Shown here: positions 1 to 13,379 of the stretch, in pieces
How positions within the stretch are numbered: the first letter of the stretch is position 1
Layout of the letters: each line of letters starts with the position of its first letter
DNA from: Cetorhinus maximus
Taxonomy: Eukaryota
NCBI RefSeq assembly: GCF_964194155.1
Contig: NW_027596135.1
Coordinates: forward strand, 496,001 to 560,000
Length of the DNA: 64,000 nt
Reading direction: 5' to 3'
The notes under the pieces: model-generated
The model's database searches: none
The model's input: the letters and a program-made list of their open reading frames with translations, nothing else
What the model was told of the DNA's origin: nothing
Translations under genes and position numbers: made by a program

Positions 1-815
1 CCCAGGGACCCCCTGTAAATACTGACACACTCCCCGGGGATCCCTCCTGTAAATACTGACACACTCCCCGGGCACCCCCTGTAAATACTGACACACTCCC
101 CGGGGACCCCCCTGTAAATACTGACACACTCCCCGGGGACCCCCTGTAAATACTGACACACTCCCCGGGGATCCCTCCTGTAAATACTGACACACTCCCC
201 GGGGACCCCCTGTAAATACCGACACACTCCCCGGGGACCCCCTGTAAATAATGACACACTCCCCCGGGGACCCCCTGTAAATACTGACACACTCCCCGGG
301 GACCCTCCCTGTAAATACTGACACACTCCCCGGGGACCCCCCCTGTAAATACTGACACACTCCCCGTGGACCCCCTGTAAATACTGACACACTCCCCGGG
401 GACTCCCCCCTGTAAATACTGACACACTCCCCGGGGACCCCCCTGTAAATACTGACACACTCCCCGGGGACCCCCCCTGTAAATACTGACACACTCCCCA
501 GGGACCCCCTGTAAATACTGACACACTCCCCGGGAACCCCCTGTAAATACTGACACTCTCCCCGGGGACCCCCTGTAAATACTGACACACTCCCCGGGGA
601 CCCCCTGTAAATACTGACACACTCCCCGGAGACCCCCCCTGTAAATACTGACACACTCCCCGGGGACCCCCTGTAAATACTGACACACTCCCCAGGGACA
701 GCCTGTAAATACTGACACACTCCCCGGGGACCCCCTGTAAATACTGACACACTCCCCGGGGACCCCCCTGTAAATACTGACACACTCCCGGGATAGCCAC
801 TGCAAATGCTGACAC
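1..815. repeat. Tandem satellite, ~31-33 bp unit (CCCCCTGTAAATACTGACACACTCCCCGGGGA)
   Basis: More than 20 visible tandem copies; the same unit recurs at 33060-34185 and as a single copy near 1695-1725. Confidence 0.95.
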
Positions 816-1346
816 TTCCAGGGGTCCCCTGTTAACGCCCACACCCAGAGACCTTCTGTGAATATCTGTTCACCAAGTCATTCAATTTTGGCTGCCGGTG
901 AAGGTGCTTAAAGGATAATAGAGCTGAGAATTTGGTCTTGGAAATTGGAAAGGGAGAGACAGCAGGAAAGAATGAAGAATGTATCACGATTTCTGATGAA
1001 CTTTATCTCCTCTGACCTAGGATGTTGAGATTTGTACCTGCTCAAATAATCCCCTCAAATAATATGTGTGAATGAGCAAAGCCTGGACTAGATTTGGTCC
1101 TGAATGTTTGACTCCCTCAGTTGTCTGGGAGTACTCTGTGTCCAGAGCAGTTATTGGACCTCTTTGTTCTGGAACCGTTCTTGATTCTCAAGGGGCAAGA
1201 TTCCACTTTTGGACTATCCACCAGCACACGGGGTCATTTACTCCATCAGTAAAGAATTATTGATTCGAAAGATTTGAATTTTGGCGCGAGATTGTGGATG
1301 AAGTAAATACAAGCCCATGATGCAGCGTCGCGAGGGATTTGTCTCG

Positions 1347-1658
1347 TTAGATTTTAAGGCTTTCCTTGTTCGCGTACTCCTCACTCCGGCCCTTGCCCTC
1401 TCGCTTGCCCAGGCAGACTGAGGCGTAAAGTTCGGAGTGCTCCAGGTCCTGACTGGCCTGGAATTGGGGCAGAGTCCTGCTCAGGGAGCTGTCAGCCTGG
1501 ATCTTCGAGGCCCCCTGCTGGCCCTTTCTGTCCATCCTGCTTTTCTTCAACATGTTCAGGGTCTCGGTATATTGCGTCTTGGTCAACTTCCTGCCTCGGT
1601 GGTCACGGGAGGCAGGGAGCTCGAGCTTGGCGTAACAGATTTGCCGTGGAGTGATAGC
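1347..1658 (-). CDS. SIT1: SIT1-like last coding exon (AITPRQICYAKLEL...ELYASVC...EEYANKESLKI*)
   Basis: Acceptor ctctcgcttcccgcag, phase 0; four Tyr motifs; TAA at 1347-1349. Confidence 0.88.
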   Translation of the reverse strand, partial: AITPRQICYAKLELPASRDHRGRKLTKTQYTETLNMLKKSRMDRKGQQGASKIQADSSLSRTLPQFQASQDLEHSELYASVCLGKREGKGRSEEYANKESLKI

Positions 1659-4600
1659 CTGCGGGAAGCGAGAGTGTGAGAGATTGTGACAGACTCCCCG
1701 GGGACCCCCTGTAAATACTGACACAGTCCAAGATATACAGGCATATAGCTCCCTCTACACTGTCCCCATCAAACACTCCCAGGACAGGTACAGCACGGGG
1801 TTAGATACAGAGTAAAGCTCCCTCTACACTGTCCCCATCAAATACTCCCAGGACAGGTACAGCACGGGGTTAGATACAGAGTAAAGCTCCCTCTACACCG
1901 TCCCCATCAAACACTCCCAGGACAGGTACAGCACGGGGTTAGATACAGAGTAAAGCTCCCTCTACACCGTCCCCATCAAACACTCCCATGACAGGTACAG
2001 CACGGGGTTAGATACAGAGTAAAGCTCCCTCTACACCGTCCCCATCAAACACTCCCAGGACAGGTACAGCACGGGGTTAGATACAGAGTAAAGCTCCCTC
2101 TACACCGTCCTCCATCAAACACTCCCAGGACAGGTACAACACGGGGTTAGATACAGAGTAAAGCTCCCTCTACACTGTCCCCATCAAACACACCCAGGAC
2201 AGGTACAGCATGGGGTTAGGTACAGAGTAAAGCTCCCTCTACACCGTCCCCATCAAACACTCCCAGGACAGGTACAGTACGGGGTTAGATACAGAGTAAA
2301 GCTCCCTCTACGCTGGCAACATTTCCCCCACAAAGTCAGGCTTGGACCCGTACCCATCTGAACTCTTACAGCAGTGGACGACAGACATACAGGCCAACAG
2401 TGGACGCTGGAAGATCCTAGAACCGGGTACGCCTGTCTCGGCCAACCTGACGTGTGAAACCTGGATTGTGCACTCTGTGCATTGTTAGGCACAGTGAACG
2501 TGACCACAGGCCTGCCTCCCTCGCTGGCTGCCGCTGCATTCACACTGTGCAAGTGCAGAATGTAATGTAGGTCAGGGACAGGAAGCTCGGCAGGGTGAGA
2601 GACCCTGTGAGCCACCAGGAGGGCAGTAAAACGCAGACTCCAGGCAAACTCACAGACACCCAAACCCTCAATCCCACCAGGTCGAAAGAAATGAGAAACC
2701 GGGGGTGAATCCCTCTGCCCCACATTTTAAGCTGGCCTCGGGGAGATCATTTTCCAACAGTGAGTTAGGTGGAGAATTTGGCGGCCGCTCCTGAATTCGC
2801 AAATAAAAAAGAAATAAAACCCCAGTTTCCTGTTCCAATCAGGTGCAGCAGAACTTTACATTTTTCTATCATGAAACGTAACCCGCAGAATTTTGCACGC
2901 ATCCTTTCAGGTAGAGAAAGGTCTTGGGCCGGGTGTTTGCAGAGAACCCCATCGCGTCTCTCTCTCCCCCTCTGTCTCTCTCTCCCTCTCTCTCTCTCTC
3001 TCAGGAGATATTTGGAGCACTGCACCCTGAAGCACAATGACCTGGCTTATGTAGGTGAATAGGCAGCCCACTCCCACACAGCAAGATCCCGCCAAGAGCG
3101 GCGAGAAGACAGACTTCCCCATTCCGGTTTTTGCGCGGAAATGCGCGGTAAAACTGGAAGAAACCTTCGGCATCCAACTCGGCTTCAATACCAACCTTTA
3201 GTCCTGTTCCAGGTTCCACCGACTGCCCGTTGCTCTGTCTCTCCATCCCTGTAGAGACAATGAGTCAATTTTGATGAGTACGTCAAGGGTTGTGTTCGCT
3301 GTGAACATCACCTCGTGATGTTACCTGGATTAGGATGACTTAAAAATGAAGGAGAATGCAGAGTGATGGATGTGTGGTAATGTATGGAGAGTAATGGATT
3401 GGTGTGTAATAATCGATGTGAAAGCTGGGAGATTGAAGCCTGGGTGAGAGTTCTGTCTGTGTGCGCATTTGTGTGTGAGTGTGTGGCTGTCTGTGTGTAT
3501 GTGGCTGTGTGTGCAAGTGAGTGTTTGTGTGTGTACATGTGTATGTGCGTGCATGTGTTTGTGTGGTGAGTGTGTATGCGTGTGTGTGAGTGAATGTGTG
3601 TTTGAGAGTATGCATGTGTATGAGCGTGTAGCTGTGTGTGCAAGTGAGTGTGTGTGTGCATGTATGTGCACGTGTGCGCTGGGAGGTGGGATGTGCGTCT
3701 GTGTGTAAGAATGCATGTGTATGTGTGTGCACGTATGCAAGTGTGTGTGTATGTGTGTGCATGCGCACGTGTGAGTGACTGGGTGTGTGTGTGTGACTGG
3801 GTGTGTGTGTATGTGCGCACGTATGCGTGTGTGTTTGTGGTGAGTGTGTGTGTGTGAGTGAATATGTGTTTGAGAGTGTGTGGCTGTGTGTGTGTGCAAG
3901 TGAGTGTGTGTGTCTGTGTATGTGCACGTGTGTGTTTGTGTGCTGAGATGTGCGAATGTGCATGTGACTGTGTCTATGTGTGTACCTCTATGTGTGCACA
4001 TGTGCATCTGTGTATGTGTGTGTATGCGCACATGTGCAAATGTTTGTGAGAGTGTGTGTGAGACTGTGAGGTTGTGTGTGTGTGTGAGCGAGTGACTGGG
4101 GTGTGTGAGAGAGTGGGGATGTGTGTGTGAGAGAGTGACTGGGGATGTGTGTGCGAGTGACTGGGGGTAAGTGTTTTTGAGAATGTGTGTGAGTGACTGT
4201 GGGTGTGTGTGACAGTGTGTTTGTGTGTGTGACTCTGTGTGTGTGTGTGTTAATGTGTGTTTAAGAGTGTGTGTGAGTGAATGTGTTTGAGAGCCTGTGT
4301 GTGGCTGTGTGTGTGTGTAAGTGAGTGAGTGTGTGTGTGTGTTTCTGTGCTGAGATATGTGGCTGTATGTGCAAGTGTGCACATGCCTGTGTCTATGTGT
4401 GCGAGTATATGTGTGTGTGTGTGCATACATGTGCAAATGTTTGTGAAACTGTGTGTGTGTGTGCGAGAGAGTGACTGTGTGTATGTGTCAGAGTGACTGT
4501 ATGTGCATGCACATGTGCGTGTGTTGTGTGTGGGCGAATGTGTTTGTGTGGACGAATGTGTTTGAGAGTGTGTGAGTGGCTGTGTGTGTGCGTGTGCATG

Positions 4601-7600
4601 TATGTGTGTGTGCTGAGATGTGTGGCTGTGTGTGCAAGTGAGTGTGTGTGCATGTATGTGCACTTGTGTGCTGAGATGTGTGGCTGTGTGTGCAAGTGTG
4701 CATGTGACTGTGTCTATGTGTGTGCCTATATGTGTGCACGTGTGCATCTGTGTGTGTATGCGCGCATGTGCAAATATTTGTGAGAGTGTACGTGTATATG
4801 TATGAGAGAGTATGTATGTGAGAGTGTGTGTNNNNNNNNNNNNNNNNNNNNNNNNNNNNNNNNNNNNNNNNNNNNNNNNNNNNNNNNNNNNNNNNNNNNN
4901 NNNNNNNNNNNNNNNNNNNNNNNNNNNNNNNNNNNNNNNNNNNNNNNNNNNNNNNNNNNNNNNNNNNNNNNNNNNNNNNNNNNNNNNNNNNNNNNNNNNN
5001 NNNNNNNNNNNNNNNNNNNNNNNNNNNNNNNNNNNNNNNNNNNNNNNNNNNNNNNNNNNNNNNNNNNNNNNNNNNNNNNNNNNNNNNNNNNNNNNNNNNN
5101 NNNNNNNNNNNNNNNNNNNNNNNNNNNNNNNNNNNNNNNNNNNNNNNNNNNNNNNNNNNNNNNNNNNNNNNNNNNNNNNNNNNNNNNNNNNNNNNNNNNN
5201 NACATCAGAGACAGTGTGCGTGAGAGAGAGAGACAGAGTGTGTGTATCTATGTGTTTTGTGCCTGTTTCATTATACACATAAATCTGCTGTGACTTTGCC
5301 CAGGAAAAGTTAGATCAGTGCACATTTCTCGAATTGAATGAATGATGCTGTCAGTATAGGTGGGATATCAGTGGTGCTTGGGGCCAATAGACCTGCATCT
5401 AAATATAGAGGTGTGAGAATATGGGTGTGAATAGGAAGCTGAGCTTCTTACCTGTGCAAATGTAGTTGATGTTTCCATAAACAGGGCTGTCCTCCACTTC
5501 TTTCGACTTGAAACTAAAACTGAGGCACAATGAATAAGAACATCAGGTTGACCAGCTGAAGACGGCCAGCGAGTCAGCTAGAAACCACAGTCAGTCTCGC
5601 AAAAGCTAGACAGATACTGTACCTCAGTGACAATTTGTTTAGAGAGGCATTGGGCACACTTTGGATGAGAAAATCTCATGCGCCTGTCACTCACCTAAGG
5701 AAGACCTCAGAGGGAGTTCGGTGTGGATTTACCTGGACTCCAAGGGTTAAATCACGAGGAGAGATTAAACACAATCGCGGGTTGTGTTCCCTGGAATGGA
5801 GACAGCTCAGGGGGGCGACCTGATCAAAGTTTTGGAGATATTCAGGGGAACTGACAGGCCCGATAGAGGGGGACCGTTTCCCGCTGGCTGGGGGTGAGTC
5901 TGGGGCGAGGGGGCCGAGTCTGAAAAGGAGAGGCAGACCCTTCAGGAGTGAAATGAGGAAAGACTCCTACACACAAAGGGTGGCCGGAGTTTGGAACTCT
6001 CCTCCCCCAAACGGCACTCGATGCTTCATCGATTGCTAATCCTAAATCTGAGATTTTTGACTGCCGTGGTTATTGGTGGAAGAAAATATAAATACATTAT
6101 ATATACTTATATATAAAGGGTTGTGGGTGAACGGAAGACATGTGGAGCTACAACGCTTACAGCCATGAATCAGCTCTTATACAATCAGCCCCGTGGGGGT
6201 GGGGGGGTGGTGCTGCAGCAACTGGTCAGGGTGTTAAGCCGTGACCAGCATCCGTATGCCGCAAATTGATCGGCGAGCGCACTGATTATTTTTCAACTTA
6301 CCTTCTCCGGAAGCGAGGTAGGAACTTTGTGGAGTGACCTGGGAGAAAGAAACATGTTGTTGACTGATCGTCGGCTGTGGGTGTGGCACGGTGGGTGAGT
6401 TAGGTTACAGCTTCACCACCCGCCCCTGCCCCCTGCCAAGCACCACCCCCTCCCCCGCACCACCTTCCCCATACTCTGCCTGTTTGCCTCCTGTAGGTTG
6501 TGTTTAATAACCATCGCTCCATGTCCCCTGTCCGCCCTCGCTGGACGTGTCTGGGGTCACCGTGGGCTTTGTGGGTTGTCAGTACAAAGCGTTGCTGACT
6601 GCAGACCCCCCCCACCAAGCAGGTGCGAGGTAAGCTCAGTTCTGGAGGCACCTCACCTCAAGAGGGCACAGCCTCTCCCCCTCGCCGCGTTTGACCCCGG
6701 CCATGGAGAGAGGCCAAATTCCAAGGCAACAGCAGCCCAGGTTACTCACCTTCCCTCCCCCCACCTGGCCACTTTTCAGACACACCAAGGATTGGTTGCA
6801 GCATTTCCCGAGCCCGCCCACACTTGCAGCGGTTGAGCAGCCCGGAGGTAAGCCCTGGGCATAAATTCTGTTACAGGCAAGAGTTTCCAGATACATGCTT
6901 GCATTATGTAAGGGTTAACTGTGTCAGGCAAGCAGCTGCACGATAAATTCACCTTTTACTCTGGTACACACCTCTGACAGTGCGGCACTCGCTCAGCACT
7001 GACCCTCCGACAGTGCGGCGCTCCCTCAGCACTGACCCTCTGACAGTGCGGCACTCCCTCAGCACTGACCCTCTGACAGTGCGGCACTCCCTCAGCACTG
7101 ACCCTCCGACAGTGCGGCGCTCCCTCAGCACTGACCCTCCGACAGTGCAGCGCTACCTCAGCACTGACCCTCCACCAGTGCGGCGCTCCCTCAGCACTGA
7201 CCCTCCACCAGTGCGGCGCTCCCTCAGCACTGACCCTCCACCAGTGCGGCGCTCCCTCAGCACTGACCCTCCGACAGTGCGGCGCTCCCTCAGCACTGAC
7301 CCTCCGACAATGCGGCGCTACCTCAGCACTCACCCTCCAACAGTGCGGCGCTCCCTCAGCACTGACCCTCCGACAGTGCAGCGCTCCCTCAGCACTGACC
7401 CTCTGACAGTGCGGCACCCTCTCAGCACTGACCCTCCGACAGTGCTGCGCTCCCTCAGTACTGACCATCCGACAGTGCAGCGCTCCCTCAGTCCTGACCC
7501 TCCGACAGTGCGGCGCTCCCTCAGTCCTGACCATCCGACAGTATTGCAATAGGAGAGTCGGCCTGGATTTTGTGCGTTGGGTGGGGATTGACCCCACTAC

Positions 7601-8770
7601 CCTTTGACACACTGAGCCGTAGCTGATACCGGGAGGCCTCACGCTGTTTGTCCAGCAGGACATTGAGTGACTGGGCAATCTAGATGCGAGTGGGAAGCAT
7701 TTCAGCCCCAGTGACTGGGCCACTCCTGCGCGTCCTGTGACCAAACCAACCTAACCACACCTAGCCCTCCTCAAGTCCCCCAAAGCCACCTATAGCAGAA
7801 GCTGTCTGGCAAAACATGTTACCTTTTCTGTAGCTCCGAGCACAGCAGAGAATGTTACAAGTCACAGAGAGGAACAGGAGAAATCCTGTGGCCCCAAAGA
7901 TGGTCCACATCAGGGAACTGCAGCACAGATCCTGTAATCCTGCCAGGTCAACACAGTTCACAGAGTTAAACGGGCACAGGAGAGGTGGTCACTTCTTAAC
8001 ACCTACCCCAAAGACCCAGCCATTTTTCCTCTCTTCCCCTTACAGGGATATTTGTCTCCGCTCCACCAATTCCCCTCCCAAAGAGATGTCCTGCTCTTGC
8101 GGCTCCCTGTTCACATCTCCTTAGCTTGGCCCCACGCCCACTTGTCTTGTCATGGATTGGTCTGAAATATTGCCCTGAATTCACACCTATGAGTCCCACT
8201 CCCACTCAGTTACATTCATGCCACACAAGTGCCAGGCAATGACCATCTTCGATGTCATTACCATCACTCAATCCCCCACTGTTAACATCCTAAGGTGGGT
8301 TACCATTGACCAGAAACGGAACTGGACCAGCCATATAAATGTTGTGGCGACAAGAGCAGCTCAGAGGCTGGGAATCCTGCGATGAGTAACTCACCTCCTG
8401 ACTCCCCAAAGCCTGTCCACCATCTACAAGGCACAAGTCAGGAGTGTGATGGGATACTCCCCACTTGCCTGGATGAGTGCGGCTCCCACAACACTCAAGA
8501 AGCTCGACACCGTCCAGGACAAAGCAGCCCCGCTTGATCGGCACCCCATCCACAAACATTCACTCCCTCCACCACCGACGCACAGGGGCAGCAGTGTGTA
8601 CCATCTACAAGATGCACTGCAGCCACTTGCCCAGGCTCCTTCGACAGCACCTTCTAAACCCCTCAACCCCTACCACCTAGTAGGGCCCACTTTTCTCCTT
8701 TCCGCCCAAAGAGTTAAAGCAGGTTCCATCTCTTACCTTTACAACTCTGGTTATGCTGAGTGCCACCCAT
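1347..8770 (-). CDS. SIT1: SIT1-like (SHP2-interacting) transmembrane adaptor gene, 6 coding exons, ~206 aa
   Basis: Exons 8737-8770, 7823-7939, 6302-6338, 5452-5519, 3196-3248, 1347-1658 join in frame (phases 1,1,2,1,0), all GT-AG. Protein has N-glyc+Cys ectodomain (NQSC), one TM, and Tyr motifs VYGNINY, ICYAKLEL, QYTETL, ELYASVC, EYAN. These match, in order, human SIT1 LYGNLHY, MCYTSLQL, KYSEV, ELYASVC, AYAN (recalled). Confidence 0.85.
1745..2312. repeat. 69-bp tandem satellite (CCCCATCAAACACTCCCAGGACAGGTACAGCACGGGGTTAGATACAGAGTAAAGCTCCCTCTACACCGT)
   Basis: About 8 near-identical copies. Confidence 0.95.
3196..3248 (-). CDS. SIT1: SIT1-like exon 5 (GMERQSNGQSVEPGTGLK)
   Basis: Acceptor ttgtctctacag, donor AAG|gttggt; bridges phase 1 to phase 0 as required. 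Confidence 0.7.
3455..5250. repeat. Degenerate (TG)n microsatellite containing an assembly gap (N at 4832-5201)
   Basis: TG-rich low complexity; 370 N. Confidence 0.95.
5452..5519 (-). CDS. SIT1: SIT1-like exon 4 (SFSFKSKEVEDSPVYGNINYICT)
   Basis: Acceptor tgcctcag, donor CAG|gtaaga; YGN Grb2-type motif typical of SIT1/TRAT1. Confidence 0.85.
6302..6338 (-). CDS. SIT1: SIT1-like exon 3 (GHSTKFLPRFRR)
   Basis: Acceptor tctttctcccag, donor AAG|gtaagt; phase 1 to phase 2 fits neighbours. Confidence 0.8.
6965..7545. repeat. 33-bp minisatellite (CTCCCTCAGCACTGACCCTCCGACAGTGCGGCG)
   Basis: About 17 tandem copies; source of the spurious LSTDPPTVRRS ORFs. Confidence 0.95.
7823..7939 (-). CDS. SIT1: SIT1-like TM exon (GLQDLCCSSLMWTIFGATGFLLFLSVTCNILCCARSYRK)
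   Basis: Hydrophobic helix followed by CC and a basic stop-transfer segment; donor AAG|gtaaca. Confidence 0.85.
8210..8680 (+). mobile_element. HER1-like LINE 3' fragment
   Basis: Same sequence (gaccagaaactgaactgg...caagtcaggagtgtgatggaatactccccacttgcctggatg) recurs at 44170-44850 and 60415-61195. Confidence 0.75.
8737..8770 (-). CDS. SIT1: SIT1-like first coding exon (MGGTQHNQSCK)
   Basis: ATG in gaaATGG context, donor AAG|gtaaga phase 1; NQS sequon plus Cys. Confidence 0.65.
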
Positions 8771-10285
8771 TTCCAGGTCTTCCCCTCGTAACAGCCTCTG
8801 TCTCCGTCTCTCCCCAGTCGGTTGACGAGGGACGTGGGCTCGGTTTTCAGTCCTGTCCAGAGAAGCCCCACCTCAGGTTTCTGGTGCTGATGTTTGGCTG
8901 GCGTGGACTGGCGCCCCTGATCACCATTTCACACAGGGCCCTTCCATCCAGATGACAGAGACTGTCCCTTCTGCCTATTCAATTCAGAGGCATTTTTGGC
9001 CCTCCTGGAGCCTTTGAGCATTCCTGCAGACGGTCAACCTTTTCTGAGTACAGTGCGCGGAGGTGTGGCTCGATATCACTCCTGACTCTATAAATGCCCT
9101 GCTGTACCTGTCCCTCTTCATATACACCCATGTGCCCTCCTTTCTACATGTACCTGTCCAAACTCCGGTTTTACCTCCCGCAGTCTCCTTTCTATCGACG
9201 TCTAACTGCGTCCCTCCCTCCTTTCCCTGCCTCTCTCTGTCTCACTCCTTCTGTCTCTGCCTCCCTCTTAGTCTGTGCCTCCGTCTCTCTTCCCGTCTTC
9301 CTACTTTCTTTCTCTTCTTATCTGTTAGTGCGCCTCTCCATCTCGCCCTATCTCTGAGTGCGCGCGTCTCTGTCCCTCTGACTCCCTTCTGGCTCTCTGT
9401 TGCTGCCTGCCTTTCTCTTGTTCCCCACCCACGTGTCGACAACGCCCCTCTCTCGCTCTCTGTCGGAGAGGAACAGGCAACCGTTTACATTTCAAAAAGT
9501 GCAGCTTGACCACAAGAGAGACACGAGGTGGGAGGGAGGGTGTGAAACCACCTGCTGCTTCCTGCGCGTTTCAATTCCACCCCCCACCACCCCCCAAACC
9601 CCGTGGATCCCAACACATTGCCAGAAAAAAAAAGGTGGAGCAGGAACGTCAAATAAAATAATGACCTTCTTCCAAATTACTGGTGAAATTGGAGAGACTG
9701 TAAGTCAAAGCTTAAGAAAAAGTGAGGCGTAAACTGGATTGATAGAAATGAGAACAGTTTGCAGTGTGAATGATGCCACTGGGGTGACAGGAAACCTCAG
9801 CTGGTAGCTTTGCTCCGCCCGCTGGTTAGAAAAGGTGAAAAGGCTCAAAGTCTTTCCTCGTAGAAACTTCCGGTGCCTCGAATTGGGGCCACGACCAAAA
9901 TGCAGTCGGTCGGGTTCGCCGAGGCATTTTTCGAAGCGACCTCAATTCCACTCGTGCGCACAGGGCAGCCTCACCTCGGCGTTAAGACGCTCCCGCTTTG
10001 GCCCATCATCCAGGCTGGCACTTTTTGCGGTGGGTGGGGTGGGGTTGGGGATGCACACAGGATAGGGCAACGGTAGGGGATGGGCAATAATCAGCAGCCT
10101 TGGCAGCAATATCCACATCCCACCGTGAATTATGTTTTTTACAAAAAAGAATCAGTCGAACCATAAGGACACAAGAATTCGGAGCTGGTGTAGGCCATTC
10201 AGCCCATCGAGCCTGCTTCTGTCACTCAGTAAGATCATGGCTGATCTGATTGTAACCTCAGCCACACTTTCCTGCCCGTTCCTAG

Positions 10286-12475
10286 TGTTCTGGAGTTAAA
10301 CAAAGGTAACTACACAGGCATGAGGGCAGATTTGGCCTTAGTGGACTGGGCAGGAAGACTACAAGGTAGGACAGTTGATGAACAGTGGCAGATATTTAAG
10401 GAGATATTCAATTCCTCCCAAGTAAAATATATTCCAAAGAGGAAGAAAGATGGTAAGAGGGGGCAAAAGCATCCATGGCTAAGCAAGGGAGTTAAAGATA
10501 ACTTAAAGGCAAAAACTAAGGCATACCAAATTGCAAAGGTCAGTGGCAGGCTGGAAGATTGGGAAATTTTTAACGATCAACAAAGAGTTACTAAAAAAAT
10601 AATAAAAAGAGCAAAGGTAAATTATGCAAGAAAACTAGCGCAAAATGTAAACACTGATAGCAAAAGCTTCTACAAGTATATAAAAGGAAAGAGAGTAGCT
10701 AAAGTGAATATTGGTCCCTTGGAGGACCAGAAATGGCAGAGACGCTTAATTAACATTTTGCCTCAGTTTTCACAGTGGAGGACACTAGTACCACCCCAAT
10801 AGTAACAGGTAGTGCAGAGGGTATAGAGAAGGAGGAACTTAGAACAATCACCATCACTAGAGCAAAAGTACTGAGCAAACTATTGGGATTAAAGGGTGAC
10901 AAGTCCCCAGGACCTGATGGCCAACAGCCCAGTGTCTTAAAGGAAGTGGCAGTGGAGATAGTGGATGCATTGGCTGTAATATTCCAAAATTCCCTGGATT
11001 CTGGAAAGGTTCCAGTGGATTGGAAAAATGCGAATATAATGCCCTTATTCAAAAAGTGGGGTGGAGGCAGAAAGCAGGAAACTATAGACCAGTTAGTTTA
11101 ACGTCTGTCGTTAGGAAATTGTTAGAATCCATTATTAAGGAAGTAGTAATGGGGCATTTGGAAGGTCAAAATGCAATCCATCAGAGCCAGCATGGTTTTA
11201 TGAAGAGTAAATCGTGTTTGACTAATTTGCTAGAGTTCTTTGAAGATGTGACAAGCAAAGTGGATCATGGGGATCCTGTAGATTTAGTATATCTGGACTT
11301 TCAGAAGGCCTTTGATAAGGTGCCGCACAAAAGATTAATACACAAGATAAGATCGCACGGAGTTAGGGGTAATATATTAGGGTGGTTAGAGGATTGGCTA
11401 ACCAACAGAAAGCAGAGATTCGGGATAAATGGGTCTTTTTCTGGATGGCAAGCTGTGACTAGTGGGGTGCCACGGGGTTCGGTCCTTGGGCCCCAACTAT
11501 TTACAATCTATATTAATGACCTGGATCCAGGGATAGAAGGTACTATAGCTAAATTTGCAGATGATACCAAAATAGGTGGGAAAATAAGTTGCAATGAAGA
11601 AATAAGAAATTTACAAATGGATATGGACAGGTTAGGTGAATGGGCCAAAATTTGGCAGATGGAGTTTAACGTGGATAAGTGTGAGATTGTCTATTTTGGT
11701 CGGAAGAATAAAAAGGCAACTTATTATTTAATTGGAGAGAAACTTCAGAATGCTTCAGTGCAGAGGGATCTGGGTGTCCTCATGCATGAATCTCTGAAAG
11801 CTAGTATGCAGGTACAGCAGGTAATAAGGAAGGCAAATGGAATTTTGGCATTTATTGCTAAAGGAATAGAGTATAAAAATAGGGAAATGTTGTTGCAACG
11901 GTACAAGGCATTGGCGAGACTGCACCTGGAGTACTGTGCACAGTTTTGGTCCCGTTGAGGAAGGATGTAGTTCCATTGGAGGCGGTTCAGAGGAGGTTCA
12001 CTAGATTGATTCCAGAGATGCGGGGCTTGTCTTATGAGGAGAGATTGAGCAGTTTAGACCTATACTTGCTAGAGTTTAGAAGGATGAGAGGAGATCTAAT
12101 TGAGGTATATAAGATGCTAAAGGGGATAGACAAAGTAGACGTGAGCGGATGTTTCCCCTTGTGGGGCATTCTAGAACGAGAGGCCATAGTTTTAGGCTAA
12201 GGGGTGGTAGATTTAGAGATGAGGAGGAATTACTTTTCTCAAAGGGTGGTGAATCTGTGGAATTCACTACCTCAGAGTGCAGTGGATGCCGGGACGCTGA
12301 ATAAATTTAAGGAGGAAATAGATAGATTTTTAATTAGTAACGGGTTGAAAGGTTATGGGGAGAGGGCGGGAAATTGGAGTTGAGGCCAAAATGAGATCAG
12401 CCATGATCGTATTGAATGGTGGGACAGGCTCGAGGAGCTGAATCGCCCACTCCTGCTCCTAGTTCTTATGTTCCG
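10286..12475 (+). mobile_element. 5'-truncated, frameshifted CR1-clade LINE (ORF2 reverse transcriptase)
   Basis: KSPGPDG, NYRPVSLTS, QHGF, YLDFQKAFDKVPH, GVPRGSVLGP, FADDTK motifs spread over several frames, followed by a CR1-type 3' UTR. Confidence 0.93.
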
Positions 12476-12479
12476 CCCC

Positions 12480-13055
12480 CCATAACCCTCGACTCCTCTG
12501 TCGATCAAAAATTCTGTCTAACTCAGCCTTGAATATATTCAATGAGCCAGCCTCCACTGCTCTCTGGGGGAGAGAATTCCACAGACTGATGAGCCGCTAA
12601 GAGAAGAAATTCCTTTTCATCTCCGTCTTCAGTGGGAGACCCCTTATTCTGAAACTGTGCCCCCTCCATTCTAGACTCCCCCCAAGAGGGGGAAACATCC
12701 TCTCAGCATCCACCCTGTCAAGCCCCCACCCCCCACCATAATCTGATATGTTTCAATAAGATCACCTCTCATTCTTCTAAACTCCAATGGGTACAGGCCC
12801 AACCTGCTCAACCTTTCCTCATAAGAGAAACCCCCTTCATCCCAGGAATCAGCCGAGTGAACCTTCTCTGAACGGCTTCCAATGCGAGTCTGTCCCTCCT
12901 TAAGTAAGGAGACCAGAACTGTACACAGTGCCCCAGGAGCGGGCTCATCAATGCCCTGTACAGTTGTAGCAAGACTTCCTGACTTCTATAGTCCATCCAA
13001 CTCACAATAAAGGACAACATTCCACTTGGCTTCCGAATCACTTGCTGTGCCTGTC
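12480..13055 (-). mobile_element. CR1-type LINE 3' fragment
   Basis: LYRAL..HCVQFWSPYL..LEAVQRRFTRLIPG on the minus strand. Confidence 0.85.
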
Positions 13056-13379
13056 GAGTTGTGGCTACATCTGTGAATGAGCGAAACCAGAGCCGCTGGT
13101 TTTGTGTCTCACCGCGGTGCATCGAATTCTGTCACTTGGCTCTGGGTTTGCATTACATACGAAACAGGAGGAGTTTAGCTGGCCCATCAAGCCAGCCCCG
13201 CACCATGATGGCAAAAGCCTTGGGACTAAACACTTAGCCCCCCGCCCCTACCGGAGCTATGTAGCTACTAGGAGAGGCAAACAAAAGCAAGGGCAGGATC
13301 CAGAAGGGAAAACAAATTTGGCTGGAAAATTCCTCTCCAACACCCGTCAGGTGATTGTAACCAGCTCAGGAGATCGTAA

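Noticed and set aside
1-815. CRISPR-like array of ~32-bp units (also 33060-34185)
   Set aside because: Head-to-tail repeats without unique spacers, no cas genes, vertebrate context
3308-5293. His/Thr- and Cys/Val-rich ORFs (also 21237-22613)
   Set aside because: Translations of (CA/TG)n microsatellites and an N gap
6956-7744. Repetitive 190-262 aa ORFs
   Set aside because: 33-bp minisatellite within a SIT1 intron
11020-11958. Active reverse transcriptase gene
   Set aside because: 5'-truncated (no endonuclease/ORF1) and frameshifted; a dead LINE copy
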